Origin: Felis catus
Lineage: Eukaryota
Assembly (NCBI RefSeq): GCF_018350175.1
Contig: NC_058368.1
Coordinates: forward strand, 91,142,001-91,206,000
Direction of reading: 5' to 3'
Length of the DNA stretch: 64,000 nt
The stretch's first letter is position 1; every line of letters begins with the position of its first letter. The translations under genes and the position numbers were made by a program. A model generated the notes under the pieces. That model searched no databases and had not been told where the DNA came from. It saw only the letters and a list, made by a program, of their open reading frames with translations. This document shows, in pieces, positions 63,557-64,000 of the stretch.

Positions 63557-64000
63557 GTACGTGAATACATAGAAGTATTATCGCACACAATAATTATGTC
63601 TTGAGAGGTTGAAAATATATATGCAATGATATACATAGCAAAAATAACACAAAAGGTGAAAGAAAACAGAGTTAATATTTTAAGGTACTGGCATGGTCTG
63701 GGAATTATTAAAAGTAAAAAGTTATTTTGTTTAACAATAAGCTGGTTTTACTAATTAGACTTACCAATAAAGTCTAGTAGCTAAAAAAAAAATATATTAA
63801 CAAGCTAATACAGGATGAAAATCAAATAACAAAAAGTTAATTCAAGAGAAAACAAAATGGAAAAGATAATTTAAAGCAGGTGAGTAAAATAGAAAACAAT
63901 AAGATAACAGACATCCAATCTCATACATATTAGTAACTGATTTACATATTCTATTGAAAAACTAAGATTGTGAGACTAGATTGAAAAAAATCCAGCTAAA
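61150..64000 (+). mobile_element. Old L1 5' region, ORF1 and ORF2-start relic (ZNF454 intron)
   Basis: gaatcaaatgaaagttctagaactgaagaatataaataattgaaattaagaac...; aaacaatgaagccaggagacaatg...; attgtgagactagattgaaaaaaatccagc. Confidence 0.7.

Overview
Mammalian genomic DNA, almost certainly a felid (dozens of tRNA-derived CanSINEs, including young SINEC_Fc-type copies with intact target-site duplications). The window holds the conserved ZNF879 (-) / GRM6 (+) / ZNF454 (-) block. ZNF879 is complete (4 coding exons, KRAB-A/B plus 13 C2H2 fingers, 567 aa). GRM6, the ON-bipolar-cell metabotropic glutamate receptor 6, is complete (non-coding exon 1 plus 10 coding exons, 878 aa). Only the zinc-finger exon of ZNF454 (12 fingers) lies inside the window. 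Signals the ORF track does not show: (1) the orthologue of the ~200-bp Grm6 ON-bipolar enhancer (~23450-23640) reads on the minus strand as a decayed LINE-1 ORF2 reverse-transcriptase segment, so it looks like an exapted L1; (2) two alternative 3' splice sites in one GRM6 exon (+5 nt and -97 nt) predict truncated ectodomain-only isoforms of 406 and 426 aa; (3) a TMEM243 processed pseudogene just upstream of ZNF879; (4) a dead KRAB-ZNF finger exon antisense to the GRM6 3' region; (5) a duplicated 78-bp hairpin; (6) an old colinear duplication at both ends of one GRM6 intron; (7) a 3'-truncated U2 snRNA retrocopy; (8) nested Tigger, LTR, L1 and SINE insertions. Gene and family names come from recalled sequences, not from database searches.
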